64,000 nucleotides of DNA, taken from contig NW_003314266.1 in the NCBI RefSeq assembly GCF_000143415.4, positions 3,937,674 through 4,001,673 on the forward strand, written 5' to 3'. The notes below the pieces were generated by a model. The model was not told where the DNA came from and made no database searches. It worked only from the letters and a program-made list of their open reading frames with translations. A program made the position numbers and the translations under genes. The stretch comes from Selaginella moellendorffii (lineage: Eukaryota; Plantae; Lycopodiophyta). Positions 23,410-37,538 of the stretch are shown piece after piece. Numbering within the stretch: position 1 is the stretch's first letter; the number at the start of each line of letters is the position of its first letter.

Positions 23410-24600
23410 TATAAAAATAAGATAATAGCATGGTCATAAAATAAATATTAGATGAACCACATTTAGAACAAGTAAATTATAATACCTTAAAATTTTAATA
23501 TTATAAAATATTAAGGAATATACTCTATATATTGGAGAACCAAACACTACTCTTATACTTTTAAAATATAATTTTATAAAAAAAATTATAGTAGCTATTT
23601 TTGAAGATATTTAGAAAGAAGAAATTTAAAACATTATACAAATAAATATAGAGTTTTCAATATTTTTATCAATAATGTTCATCATTATGATATATATTGT
23701 GTTTATTTTATTAATTAATTTATTTCTACACCATTAAGCATAAATGTTGAATGGGGATAAATAATATAATTACCCAAGACAAGATGGCAACAATTATTTT
23801 AATCATTAATTTCAAGATTTTATCAAGAGTATTGACTTAATAAATAATATAAAATATCTAAATAACTATAAAAATATATAAAAAATTAATCTTGGTAGAA
23901 TAGTTATAATTGTAAAATTTACATGTATGATTTAATTAGAAGGACAAATATCAAATCAATAATTCAGCTTTTTTTTTACTTAGCTTTTGCTAAAAAATGT
24001 AAAAGGGGCTATAAAACAATTGGAAATAAAACAAAATCCAACCAAAACCAGGATTTGAAAATTTACTTAATTTATTTCATTTAAGCATGTTTTAATATAT
24101 TTAATTTTATATCTACAATATATTTTTAAAAATTCATTTTTTAGTAGGTGATCACTTGGATTAGGACTGCATATAAAATATATTTCTTTATTTTCTATAA
24201 CAAAAACTCAAATATATAAATATAAGGATAACTATAATTACTAATATTGAATGCTAGATTTAAAAATATAAATAAATTTGCTGTCACTAAATAGGAAAAA
24301 TATATTACTAATATAAAATAATTGCAAAGCTTTTATATATTTCCAATTTTGACAAAAGCGTATGTTTATCCTTGCGGAATGCTACTTGGAATTTCATATG
24401 ATTACTATCCTAATCCTCAAAATCTTTTTTTGGATCATCATTGAAATGGTGCACATCCAAACCTGAGTGCAAATTCTTTTCCTCACCCTCCTCAAAGTTC
24501 GTTCCCTGCTCTTGATCTTTTGGCAAAATAATTTATATTCTCAAAATTACATGATTTTGATATAACATCTACTGAAAGTTTAAAACATTTACTTTTAGTG
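23410..24600. repeat. AT-rich repeat unit, copy 1 (copy 2 split into 25170-25601 and 29725-30090 by the Gypsy element)
   Basis: Shared strings such as TGGTCATAAAATAAATATTA, AAAACATTATACAAATAAATATAGAGTTTTCAATATTTTTATC and ATAGGAAAAATATATTACTAATATAAAATAATTG. Confidence 0.8.
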
Positions 24601-25077
24601 GTAAAAAATAAGTTCCAGAACTTAGGGAAAATATTTTATTCAAAGAGTGTTCTTTGGCAAAAAAATAATCCACATCTAAACTTTTTAACTTTAAAATTTT
24701 TTTTCATCTAATTAGAGTAGTGAAATAAAAATTAACTTATTTCATAAAGCCAAATTCATAAGATCGTTATGATTGATTCTAACTAGCTATAGAAAAATAA
24801 CTCTATGTTAAATGTCAATAGTGGTAAACATTATTAATAATTTTAACAAACAATTTTAATAATTATGAATATTAATAATAACACCTAATTGAGTAAAACC
24901 TACTTTGCATGAGAAATTAAAGAAACAATATCTTCATGATGTTGTCAATGATCTATTGAATAGATTTCGACCATTTCCATTTAGCATCAAATTCTCTTTC
25001 TGCAATGAATAATTTATCCTAAAAGGTCACTTTAATACTAATAAATGTTTAAAAATATAATTGTGAACTATATATAA

Positions 25078-25195
25078 ATATTTATTTTATGACCACACTA
25101 TTATATATATTTATATATACTAACAAAAATTATAAAAAAACTGATTTGAGAAAAAATATATAAATAAAATAATAGTGTGGTCATAAAATAAATAT
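25078..25195. repeat. Perfect 27-bp inverted repeat, 64-bp AT-rich spacer (MITE-like)
   Basis: ATATTTATTTTATGACCACACTATTAT (25078-25104) / ATAATAGTGTGGTCATAAAATAAATAT (25169-25195). Confidence 0.8.
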
Positions 25196-25601
25196 TAAAT
25201 AAACAACCTTTAGAAAAAGTAAATTATAATATCTTAATTATTTAATGTTATATAATATTAATGTTTATATTCTATATATTTAAGGAAAACTTAGTAGTCT
25301 ATATCACTAAACATAACTTTTAAATTTTTTAAATATTGTTTTGTAAAAATTTATTTATAACTACTTTTGAAGATATTTATAAAGAAGTGATCTAAAACAT
25401 TATACAAATAAATATAGAGTTTTCAATATTTTTATCCATAATATTCATCATTGTGTTATATATTCTTTTTATCTTATTAAATAATTTATTCTTACACCAT
25501 TAAGCATAAATGTTGGATGGGGATAAATAATATATTTACTCAAAAAAAGATCGCAACAATTATTTTAATCATCAATTTCAATCATTTAACAAAAGTACTG
25601 A

Positions 25602-25777
25602 TGTGAGTGCTTGGAATATGAAAATGGAATACAGAAAATATGCATATTAATTAGCCCAAAAACCTTAGCTTATATACAGAAGTGAGTGGTCCGGATTGAA
25701 ACCAATCAGACGGCTACCAAAATCCCACTACACTAATATTAGTATATGGCATTGTAGCCATACACTTAACCCTCACA
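25602..25777 (-). repeat. 3' LTR (176 bp) of the Gypsy element
   Basis: Termini TGTGAG...CTCACA; preceded on the minus strand by PPT GAGAGGAGGGGATGA. Confidence 0.8.
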
Positions 25778-27864
25778 TCATCCCCTCCTCTCAGAATAAT
25801 GGAAGACCATCAGGGTTCTCTTATAAACGAGCCGAGATCTGGAGGAACGTCAAGAAAAGGAATCAACGGATCTGTAGGTGGTATTAACTGTTCTTGATCC
25901 CTTTATATAAAGTGTTTCAACTGCTGGCACATGCACAATCTTTGGAGGATCGGCCTACTGGACGTCATGCTAAACCTCATAAATTTGTGGTCCAACTTGC
26001 CACAACACCTGATACAGTCCTTTCCACTGCGCAAGGAGCCCCTTAAATAAACTATGTACCATAGGATGGGGAAAACGGACTAACACCAAATCATCCACTT
26101 TGTACTCCACAAGTGGACAATGATGGGAGTTGTACTGCCGTTGTTGTCCAACTTGTACATGGCATAAGTGTTCGGCAGACTCCACTCGGACAAGTGGAAG
26201 GATGTTCGTCAAATACTGATCCCACGATCTAGCATCTGCAGCTCGTGGCAATCGCAAAGGTAAACCCAGCTCCGTTAGTAATATTGGATCATGACCATAT
26301 AGGAGTTTTAATGGTGAAGCACCAATAGAACTCTACACCTCTATGACATATGCATATTGAAGAGACGGCAAATAACCATCTCAATCCGAATGCTGAAAGT
26401 TCACATACTTAGCAATCATCCCCTTGAATGTCCGAACGAGTTATTCCACCAAACCGTCTAATTGTGGATGATAAGCACTTGTGAAAGTGTGGCGTATCCC
26501 CAACCGAGATGTCAAAACATGAAATGCCTCAGCCATAAATGCGAGACCATTATCCGAAAGAATCCGCTCTGGACAAAAATGCTGGAACACCACTCGATTG
26601 AAGAGGAAGTATCCAACAGCAGTTGCAGAGGCGCTAGCAAGAGCACCAACTTCCACTCAACGAGTCAAGTAGTCAGAAGCAATAATAACATACTCATTGC
26701 TAGCAGTCAATCGTGAAAAAGGTCCCATATAAGATCAAATGCCACCAACTCAAACGGACGGGAAACTACAATTGGCTCCAACCATCCTTCCACAGCCCGA
26801 GGGGGAGTATTACGAGCTTAGCACCAAACGCAGCTACGCACATACCGGATAATATCACATTGCATCTCCGGCCAATAGAAAGACCTACGCAGCTTCTCAG
26901 TTACACAACGATATCCCATATGCCCACCTAGAATAGGAGAATCATGGTAGGCATGGAGAAACTGCGGAATAAAGATAGAAGGCACCACCAGCTGTAAATG
27001 ATCATCAGGATCCGTCCCCACAAAATAAAGAAAGCCGTCTTCAAGGCGATATTGAGAATGTAAATGTTGGAAAGGCAAGTCATCAGCAAGTGATGCAGGA
27101 TTCTCAAACCCATCTCGAAGCCTTCGAATCCATGGCTCAATCTTTTGAGCCTTGCGAACCTCATCAAGAGAAGGTAGATCTTGCTTTACACCTTGTGGAC
27201 ACTGAATGTCTAGTATAGCAACCGTCGACGACACAAAATCCTCGTCTAGAAAATCCATAAAGGCTGGAACAACAGGCTTGTCAGAAACATGAGAAGAGAA
27301 TGAAGAAGGAAGAGGAGCTTGAGAAAGGGCATCAGCATCAGCCATAAAACTCCTTGGGCGATGAACAACATCAAAATCATATATCTGCAGCTTCAAAGCC
27401 CATTGATCAGTATGACCAACCAGGTTCTTCTGCTTTAATAATGAAGTAACAGCAGCATGATCACTTTCAAGTAACGTCCAAGAACCATGTAGATATGCAT
27501 GAAGTTTCTCAAAACCCCAAACTGTTGCTAAACACTCCTTCTCTATTGTGGAGTAGTTCATTTTCGTTGGTTGTAATGTACGGCTTATATACACAATGGG
27601 ATGGCGCTAACCAGGCACACTTGAGCTCTCTTGCATCAACACACCTCCAAGATCAATGTCAGAAGCATCCACGCGCAAAATAAAAGGTCGAGTGTAGTCA
27701 GGATAGGCTAAAACCGGAGGAGTCGTCAATATCTCTTTGAGATCCACAAACGCCCACTCACAATCTAGAGACCAGATGAAAGATGATGTTGATGACTTTA
27801 GCAACGCTTGCAATGGTGCAGTGTGATCAGAAAGATGATCCATAAAGCAACCGAGATACTGCAT

Positions 27865-28457
27865 TGTAAGCAACCAAAGGGAACGACTTGAGAGACGATC
27901 CATGGGGTTCAAATATAGAGGGAAAGGGCCCATGAACAAGAGTGCACCCCCTTTTCCAATCGGTTAAGGGTCTTGGGATATTTGGGATTAAGTGTCCTTG
28001 GGTTTGATTAGTACTGGGCTGGGTGACCTCCCGGGAAGTCCAAACTCATGAGCTTACATTTGGTATCAGAGGGGTCTCGGGTCCGACTCTGTTGGTTGGC
28101 TAGGGGAATCACACCACATGTTGATTGACATCTGGCTGGTCCAGTTTGCTCCCGCTGGGCTCGACCCAAGGGGTAGGGTGTCAAGAGAGCGGGGCTCTCG
28201 GGAGAGCTGCGGCTCTCAGCTTCCATTCACGAGGGCGTGAACTTGCAGGGAAGCGTGGTGGATTGTAAGCAACCAAAGGGAACGACTTGAGAGACAATCC
28301 ATGGGGTTCAAATATAGAGGGAAAGGGCCTATGAACAAGAGTGCACCCCCTTTTCCAATCGGTTAAGGGTCTTGGGATATTTGGGATTAAGCGTCCTTGG
28401 GTTTGAATAGTACTGGGCTGGGTGACCTCCCGGGAAGTCCAAACTCATGAGCTTACA
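27865..28457 (+). mobile_element. Complete Cassandra-type TRIM (593 bp) carrying 5S rRNA-derived sequence in its LTRs
   Basis: 194-bp LTRs 27865-28058 and 28264-28457 (TGTAAG..CTTACA, 4 differences), TSD TGCAT, PBS TGGTATCAGAG, LTR core TTAAGCGTCCTTGGG..TAGTACTGGGCTGGGTGACCTCCCGGGAAGTCC. Confidence 0.92.
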
Positions 28458-30211
28458 TGCATCTTGCCCAAAAAGCACTACACATCATTCACACACTTCG
28501 GAGTAGGGAACTTTAGAACAGCCACAAGTTTGTCAGGATCAACTTGCAAACCCTCACGAGAAATATGGTACCCAAGATAAGTTGTGTCCTTGGACCCAAA
28601 CACGCACTTCGTCCGCTTCAGCTTTAAACCAATATCGCGTAACCGATCCAACACTTTACAAACATCACGAACGTGTTCCTCCCATGTCCCCTCTGAGTGG
28701 ATCAAAACATCATCAATAAAGTCAGTAGTCACATCCGGCATATCGCAAAGAACCTCGTCCATCATCAGTTGGAAAGTTGCTAGAGCATTGTTCAAACCAA
28801 ACGGCATCACCAAGAACTCGTACAAACCAAATGGTGTACAAAAAGCAGTGTTAGGAATATCTTCTTCGGCCATCAGTACTTGCCAATACCCAGAAGCAAA
28901 ATCTAGCTTGGTGAACCAACGACTTTGCCCCAGACGATCCAAAAGATCAGCAGTGTGAGGAAGAAGGTACACATCCGGGATTGTCACTTCGTTTAACGGA
29001 CGATAGTCGATGCAAAAACAAATACTCCCATTACACTTCATCACAAGATGAGGTTCACATGCCTAAGGACTCCGCGACTTCTGAATAACACCCTTCTCCA
29101 ACATCTCTTTTACATTTGTATGCAAAATCTTGATCTCCTTGGGTGACCGATGACGAATAGGAACCTTGATTGGACGAGCATCCCCAGTTGGAATCGGATG
29201 ACGTGTGGCAATCTTAGCCCCAGATGATAGGTCAAATTCAAAGAGATTAAAATACTCCTTCATGAGCCGGTCCACCGCTGCAACACAAAGATTGTCGGAG
29301 GAATCGAAAAAGGGAAGAGCAGAACAAGATGGAAATATAAGAGGAAATAATGGGGAAACAAAAGTAATGGAAGTAGAGGTAGAAGTAGAGGGACAAAGAG
29401 GTACAAAAGTGAAAGGAATGGATGAAACATAAGGAAGTATGAGACAAGGGGGAGAAGCCTCAAAGTCACACTTGGCATGATTGCACTGCAACCAATCCAT
29501 ACCAAGAATGAGGTCAAAAGTTTAACTCGGCACCACCTGCAATGACTGCAACTCAAGCTCAAGTTCGCCCACATGCACAACCAGGTCCGCCTCATCCCGT
29601 GCACATGCATGTATACGGCCATTGTTATAAAGAATGAAAACTGATTCTACCGCACGACGCAAGTGTAGACGGCAATGTGTGGCAATAAGTCGAACAATAG
29701 AAGATATATCAACCAACACGGAGAGAATATAATATTATATGCTAGATTTGAAAAAATAATAAATAAATTAGAAGTGCCACTAGATAGGAAAAATATATTA
29801 CTAATATAAAATAATTGTAAGATTTATATATATTTCCAATGATGATAGAAGCCTATATTTATCCTTGTAGAATCCTGCTCGGAGTTTGACATAATTACCA
29901 GTAATGAATATAGTTTGTGTATTAATTGTTGAAGCTTATAACAAATAAAAAATAATATGTATATTTAAAAAAATTGTTTAATATACATAAAATTCAGATT
30001 CTTTTCTTTGCAATAAAATTGTAATTTATATGTTTAAAATTACATGGTTTCAATATAAATATTTACTGAAAATTTAAGACATTTAGTTTTGCAACAATCT
30101 ATTGCTTACTAGAGGTTCCAAAAGAGAAGCTTATCATTATAGTCATAAAGAGGTTGGGAGATGGCTGCACCTGTGAGATTGCAAAATCTCCACTTTATTA
30201 TTCAGGTTGCA

Positions 30212-31196
30212 TTGAAGTAGCAAAAAACGTATTTGACAAAATGCCAGAAAGGGATCTCGTCTTATGGAGTATGCTTATTACTGCCCATGCAAAAGCCAAT
30301 AATCTAACCCAAGCTAAAAAGACCTTTGACAAGAATATTGTAGTTTCGACTTCTATTCTAGCAGCATATACCCAAAGTGGGCACCCTGAAAAGGCGAAAA
30401 CAATCTTCGAGACTATGCCAGAAAGGAATCTTGTATCGTGGACTTCACTCCTGGCAGCTTACTCACACAGGGAAAAAGTCGAATATGCCCCAAAGAAATC
30501 TAGCTTCGTGGAATTTCATGCTTGCGGCATATGCCCAAAACGCACTCGAAACCAGGAGCTCTTCGAAGCAATGCCAGAGAGAGACTTGGTCTCGTGGACG
30601 ACAATGGTGACAAGCTACACTCAAACCGAACACTTCGAAAGCGCCAAGAACGTGTTCGAATCAATGCCGGAGCGCAACTCGATGGCATGGAAGGCGATGA
30701 TCGCAGCTCACGCGAGACAGGTGGAGGAAGCCAAGTTTACGTTCCATCAAATGCCACTCCAGAGCCTGGTCTCGTGGAACACGATGATCTTCGCGTACGG
30801 TCAGTCGGGCTACTGTGACGAGGCGTACAATGCGATGCCGGAGAGAGACGCTGGATCCCCGACGACCATGTTTTCGGCCTACGCGCACAACGGACACATC
30901 GATCGCGCTGCCAAGTTATTCGATCTGTCGCCTCTTCTGGACATCATCTCTTGGAGGACGATTCTCGCGGCCTTTGCTCAAAACGGACAGTTTCCCAGTG
31001 TTGGATACGTATGACAAGCTCAAGCTCCCGACAAGACGTGCTTCGTGTCCGGAGAGCGGCAACTTATGCGAGCGTGTTGCTTGCCAACATTGCTTACATG
31101 AATTCGGACGGAGGTCTCGTCCAAAGCTTGCAGATGGCTGAGAACTTGCAGCGAGAAATATGCCTGCAAGGACCAAAAAGAATGAGGCAGCAGTAA
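30212..31196 (+). pseudogene. Decayed, 5'-truncated inverted copy of the PPR gene at 14595-16169
   Basis: Near-identical blocks interrupted by multiple deletions and frameshifts; most of the E domain is deleted. Confidence 0.88.
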
Positions 31197-31220
31197 AGGA
31201 ATGGACAGCGATTACTTACA

Positions 31221-32391
31221 TCATGACAAGTTTTGTTTCTCACAACATGCTGCTATGACTTCTTTGATGTCGGGCTCGTCGCCTGCTTCCTTGTCCTGTA
31301 TGAAAGAAAAAAAATTCAAGCAAACATAACTTCGAAAGCAAAACGACGAAACCTTGTGGATGTAGAGCAACCGATCTTTCCCGGGCCCAGCAATGACAAT
31401 TCCTCCTTGCTGCCTGCGAGCACGCGAAAGGTATCTCTCTAGAATGAAATGAGACCTTACCAGCCACCTCTCTGTACAGTATCTTTCTCGAAAGAGAGAC
31501 CCCAGTCTTGTCGATAGCCTTCTAAATGAGCTCCCATAACTCGCATAGCAGCCTTTGACGCTGTAAGTTCAGCTAACAACCACGTAGATGGATTTGCGTA
31601 CCTTGGGATTAAAGATGGTGGACGCGCCAGAGACGAATTGGAACGCGTCAAATGAAGCATGGGTTGGATCGGCATAAACTTCTGTAAAACGAGAGGTGTA
31701 TCAGACATGCGATGACTCATGTAGTTACCTCCGGGGAACTGTGTCTGGCTAGCAAATGCTTTTGCCTAAAGAAAGAGTGACTGTGATCAATCCACAAGCT
31801 CGCAATGGATCCATGGAAATACCTGGTCGACAGTGCCGGGTCCGACCAGAACAAGCGACACACCAGCAGCATCGAACACTTCCTGCAACGAAAGCATCTA
31901 TCGTAAGAGCATTAAGGAAGAATCTGTTACCTTCTTCGATGCTAGAACATCAGCCCGTTTGCGACAGAGGATACACCTGATGATCAGAGAGAAAAATAGA
32001 ATAAAAGCGACTTCTTGTCACATACCCAAAATGCCGAGCAAAGGCAACGACAGCAGTTCGATCCTTCCACAAATCAGTCAGAGCGATCACATTGCCCGAA
32101 AGATCCAAAACGCTGGCATCGGTCGAAATTCCTAGCAGGAAACAAGAAATCTTAGCTCCAAACGCTAAGAAAGAAAAGCATACCAGGCATAAGAGAATCC
32201 GCTGCTCCCGCGGCTGCTGCCAATCCGCGCCATCGCCGCTTGCATCCGAGGATCGGCCGCGCCTTCTCCCACCGAAACTCACAGATCGATCGCCGCGACG
32301 AGAATCCTCGCGCTGGATCATCTGCGCCAAGGGTTTTGGCGGAGCAAAGAAGAAGAGCATTGTGAGAATGAGAGGAAAGAACAGTCGCCAT
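31221..32391 (-). CDS. Thioredoxin-like AAED1/PRXL2C (AhpC-TSA_2) protein, plastid-type, multi-exon
   Basis: Transit peptide; LTDLWKDRTAVVAFARHFGCILCRKRAD, EVYADP, GYRQDWGLSFEKDT, QQGGIVIAGPG, DKEAGDEP. Confidence 0.85.
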
Positions 32392-32450
32392 GAGGTTTCA
32401 ATGGCTGTAAACCTGCCACGTGTACGCTCGAGGTTTGTGGTGATTTTCCA

Positions 32451-33655
<1,205 letters not shown>

Positions 33656-33973
33656 AAATGGAGGCAATACACCAAAGATCGTCAAGAACAAGCACACGAG
33701 GAAATTCGCAGTACAGAATCCATCAAAGGATCAAAGGATCGGAATTTATGGAGAGAGCAAAGCTTTTGGAGAACTTATCTTAGTCAAGATCACGAAAACT
33801 TGTCCATATCCCAAAGCGCTATAAACTTCCCCTGACACGAAAGTAACACTATTATAAACTAGATCTCCGGGAGTTTTTCCCCGGGATCTCTCTTTTTCTC
33901 CCCCTTCAACCACTGACACCACTACGTACAAGGATAAGACTTTGCTTGGCCCTGGATTGGAGCTTTATTTGTT

Positions 33974-34576
33974 CTAGCAGCGAGGATTGGGAGGCGCTCC
34001 ATGGTCGCAATTGGAAGCCGGCATCCAGTGATACTTGGTCTTGAATCCATTCCCAGCGCGCTCCATCACTGGGTCTCGCACCCACTGATCGATCGTGAAG
34101 ATCTCGCGGCTCACGCACTTGTTGCTCCCGGATTGCCTCACCGAGACGTTGAGGCCCTTGACGTACCACGAGGAGCTCGGGTACTTGCCGTTCTGGGTCA
34201 CCTCCACCTTGCAGATCCGGCCGATGCAAGCGTTGGTGGCCACGAATCGATCCACGGCATTGCGCTCGAAGTTGTTCCCGGGGCGCTGGAGCTGGAAGTT
34301 GAGGGATTGATCGGCGGAGTTGGCCGTGCCCGCGCCTTCGCGATCGCCAGTGAAAACTTCCACCATGTATGTGCATTGCCCCTGAAACAGAGACGCGAAC
34401 AATCAAGATCACAGTGGATCTCCAAAGAAATCATCAAGAAGAAAAAGAAGAAGAAGAAGCACTGGAGGAGGAAGAAAAAGAGGAAGAAGAGGAAGAAGAA
34501 GAAACAAGTTTTGGGTTCTTACATTGGTGCGCTGTGTGATCGTTGTGATCGCGATCAAGAACAACACAAGCCTCAT
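33974..34576 (-). CDS. Secreted PLAT/LH2-domain protein, copy with 8-aa deletion
   Basis: Signal exon MRLVLFLIAITT, purine-repeat intron, YMVEVFTGDREGAGT..FERNAVDRF..WYVKG; lacks DADVFLRL. Confidence 0.7.
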
Positions 34577-35640
34577 TCTTTCAAAAAACTTAAGCGTCCA
34601 AGCAAACAAACTTGGAGAAAGAATGTGGCTAGAATTTCTCCCGAACAAGTTATAAGAGAGCTTTTTCGCGCATTAAATTTGCAGCTTTATGTACCCATGT
34701 GATGGGGCATGTGGTTTCTGGTCACCGCACATGTAAGGTTCTCAAGAACCCTAAAAGCAGAGCGCCCAAATTCTAAATCCCTAAAACAGAGCATTTTCAA
34801 TCGAAGACTCTCTTGTGCGATAGGGTTCTTGGCATTTTGATATCTCGCGTGGAATGGAATGTTGGAATGCATGTTGGGTTGCAAGGAAATGCGCAATCAA
34901 TCACCAATTGTGGTGGATTGCGATCAAAGTTTACACAGTCCTTATTAATGATAATACACTGACTTCAGAAAAATATTCATGTATCCTCTCCACAATCTTA
35001 AATCCTTTCGTGGCCATGTAAGGTACAAAATCTAAAATAAAAAGAATTGACAATGCTCTTGGAAGAAAATAAAAAATATTGCAAGCAAATTAACAATGCA
35101 CCCATAGATAAGAAATTTAGAGCTAGATGCTACACTCAAAACATACAAAAGTGCAAAAGATCATGGTTGGTGAGTTATTTCTTCTATAGGTAGAAATTTT
35201 ATGTTTTTTACACAAGAGAAAAATTGAGTTTTCTTTAGGAAGAGAGAAACTTTGGCACTTGCTCTTTTCATGGCCTGTTTAGCATTTATGATAATTAGGT
35301 TTGGGTGCTTGAAATTACTAAATTTGAAATTCTGAAAATAAAATTAAGTTTGAGCCTCGATTTGGCAAGAGAAGAGGAAGGTTTGGTCCTCCTATATGTT
35401 ATAAATATGGAACATGTCAAATCTCACAAATTTTCATAAAAAGCTGTATAACTTTTAAGAATTATTATAAGTTTACAAGTTTTTACAAAAACTTTTCTCA
35501 TATATTTTCAAGCCATGGCCATAGATGAGCATATGCCACCTATGCAAAATAGATAAGATGGCTGCAAATTTCTAAAGGATTGTATTGCATCAAGGTGGAT
35601 TTCACACTTCGCAGCAAGATATAGATAAATACAAATTTAT

Positions 35641-37334
35641 TGCGAGACACAAAATCCCTAAACCCCAAAGTGGAGCTGAAAGGGTGCCACGGGGTAGTGG
35701 CCGAAGCGAAAACCAAACAAGTGTAACATGTTTGGACCAAAAGCTTTGACTTGAAAAGTTGAGAGCGGGAGTAGAACTCCCAACAAAGTGCTTGAAGAAC
35801 GAGCACGAAGTGAGCAATAAGCGAAGCTCCAAAAAAGAGACCCAAAAGGACTAACACATGATACGTGGAAATGTCCGAAGTGGAGTCCGAGATGGACCCG
35901 AGATGGATCCGAGTTGGAGTCCGAGGTGGAGTCTGAGATGGACCCAAGAAAGACCCGAGATGAACCCGAGATGGATCCGAGTTAGAGTCCGAGGTGGAGT
36001 TCGAGATGGACCTGAGAAGGACCTAAGATAAAGTCCGAGATGGACTTGAGATGGAGTCTGAGATGGAGTCCGAGAAGGACCCGAGATGGAATTCGAGATG
36101 GACCAAGACGGAGTCCGAGATGGAGTCCGAGATGGACTCGAAATGGAATCTGAGATGGAGTCCAAGAAGGACCCGAGATGGAGTCCGAGGTCGAGACCGG
36201 GACCGAGACCAAGATTGGGACCGAGACCGAGACCGAGGCCGAGGCCGAGGCCGAGGCCGAGATCGAGCCCGAGCCCAAGTTCGAGTCCGAGTCCGAGTCC
36301 GAGTTCGAGTTCGAGTCTAAGTCTGAGTTCGAGTCTGAGAGGGTGAAAGCCCAAAGCATTCATCTCCTAAACCCTGGGGGGTTTGGTGAGCTCCAAAAGT
36401 ATAGTAAGGGGGAGGACTGCATTGGAGCCAGTTTGGCCAGGAAAGGCTAATTTGGCCCAAAAAAGCTATACCCAGTGTTGGGTGATGAGCTGCCCACTAG
36501 GAAGTCCAAGACTAGAGTGAATACGAACCGACAAACAGGGTAGTTTGGTGAAGTGTTCAAGAGCCAGCTCTAGTTCCCCTGGGAGATCGATTAGCCAATG
36601 CTCCCAGTCCAAATGTGGGTGGCACTACCTACTTGGATACCTGGTGTAGCTCAATGGAACCTCGCTCTAAGCCCATGGCTAAAGCACCTAAAGGCGGAAG
36701 GCGGGAAGAGTACCTATAAGGCCCGTGTAAGGCCACAGTTTTCCGAAATGTTGTCCCAAAGTCCCAGTCTGTGGAAAAGAAGAGGAATAGCCCTTTGATG
36801 TGGTGACCAAGGACATAATCACATAGTGAGGAAGTCCTAAAGGATAGCGGGACTTAGTGGTTGGGTCCGTGAGCCTTGATCCAGTGGCAGTGTTGGCGAA
36901 CATGGCCAAAGACATAAAAGGACTTGGTGAAGATTGGAATGGAGATATTGGGGAAGGCTATTCCTTATGTCTGCAGGCATCCTAAGGATGCTAAGGAGTG
37001 GATCTGGGATGACCACTCATGGGCAAGTGGCCCAGTCTTAGAGAGATGGGATTGCAATGTAGGTGGTGTTAAACCACCGATGTGACCAAGGTGAATGAGC
37101 GTGGCCTAGCGTAACAGGCTCATATGTTGGTGGTACCTTGGGGTGTCGGTCATGGGATCGGACACGTGGAGCATTTGGACCAAGTATAAAGGTTGAGTGG
37201 TATAGATGCCATTCTTGGGGCTAGCAAGCCCCAAGTCCTGAATGAGACTTATGGAGGTTGTGAATAAGACTCCTCCAAATGGTCGGAGGTGTGGTTAAAT
37301 GACTAAAGTAGAATGGAAAATTTAGTCATTTACA
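35641..37334. mobile_element. Solo LTR (1694 bp), TSD TTTAT
   Basis: TGCGAGAC...TTTACA flanked by TTTAT at 35636-35640 and 37335-37339; homologous to 37539-39267. Confidence 0.85.
35872..36337. repeat. CCGAG-core minisatellite inside LTR 1
   Basis: GAGATGGAGTCC/GAGATGGACCC 11-12-mers followed by GAGACC/GAGGCC/GAGTCC 6-mers. Confidence 0.9.
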
Positions 37335-37538
37335 TTTATACTGTAAGAAGATTACTAGAACCCAAAATACTACAAAGATAATGTTCCCTAGGGTGATTTT
37401 ATGCGTAACTACCCATGCCATGATCAATCCTCGACTTTGTTATTATTATGCTTTATTGTTTGTTGTGATTGACCAATTAATTGTGCAAATTTATCTTTTT
37501 CTATGAGAATGTGGAGGAGAATTACTACTGCTACACTG

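Larger units (their letters stand above)
25602..29720 (-). mobile_element. Degenerate, 5'-truncated Ty3/Gypsy LTR retrotransposon (PR-RT-RH-INT)
   Basis: ILGMDWL (PR), FCIDYRPLN/LDFASGYWQ/FIDDVLI (RT), VDASD/NYSTIEKE (RH), zinc-binding H..H..C..C and ILSDNG/YHPQLDGLVE (INT); stops and frameshifts. Confidence 0.95.

Noticed and set aside
27988-28441. Possible 5S rRNA genes
   Set aside because: Only the ~55-bp internal part is present, embedded in LTRs with TSD and PBS; it belongs to the TRIM
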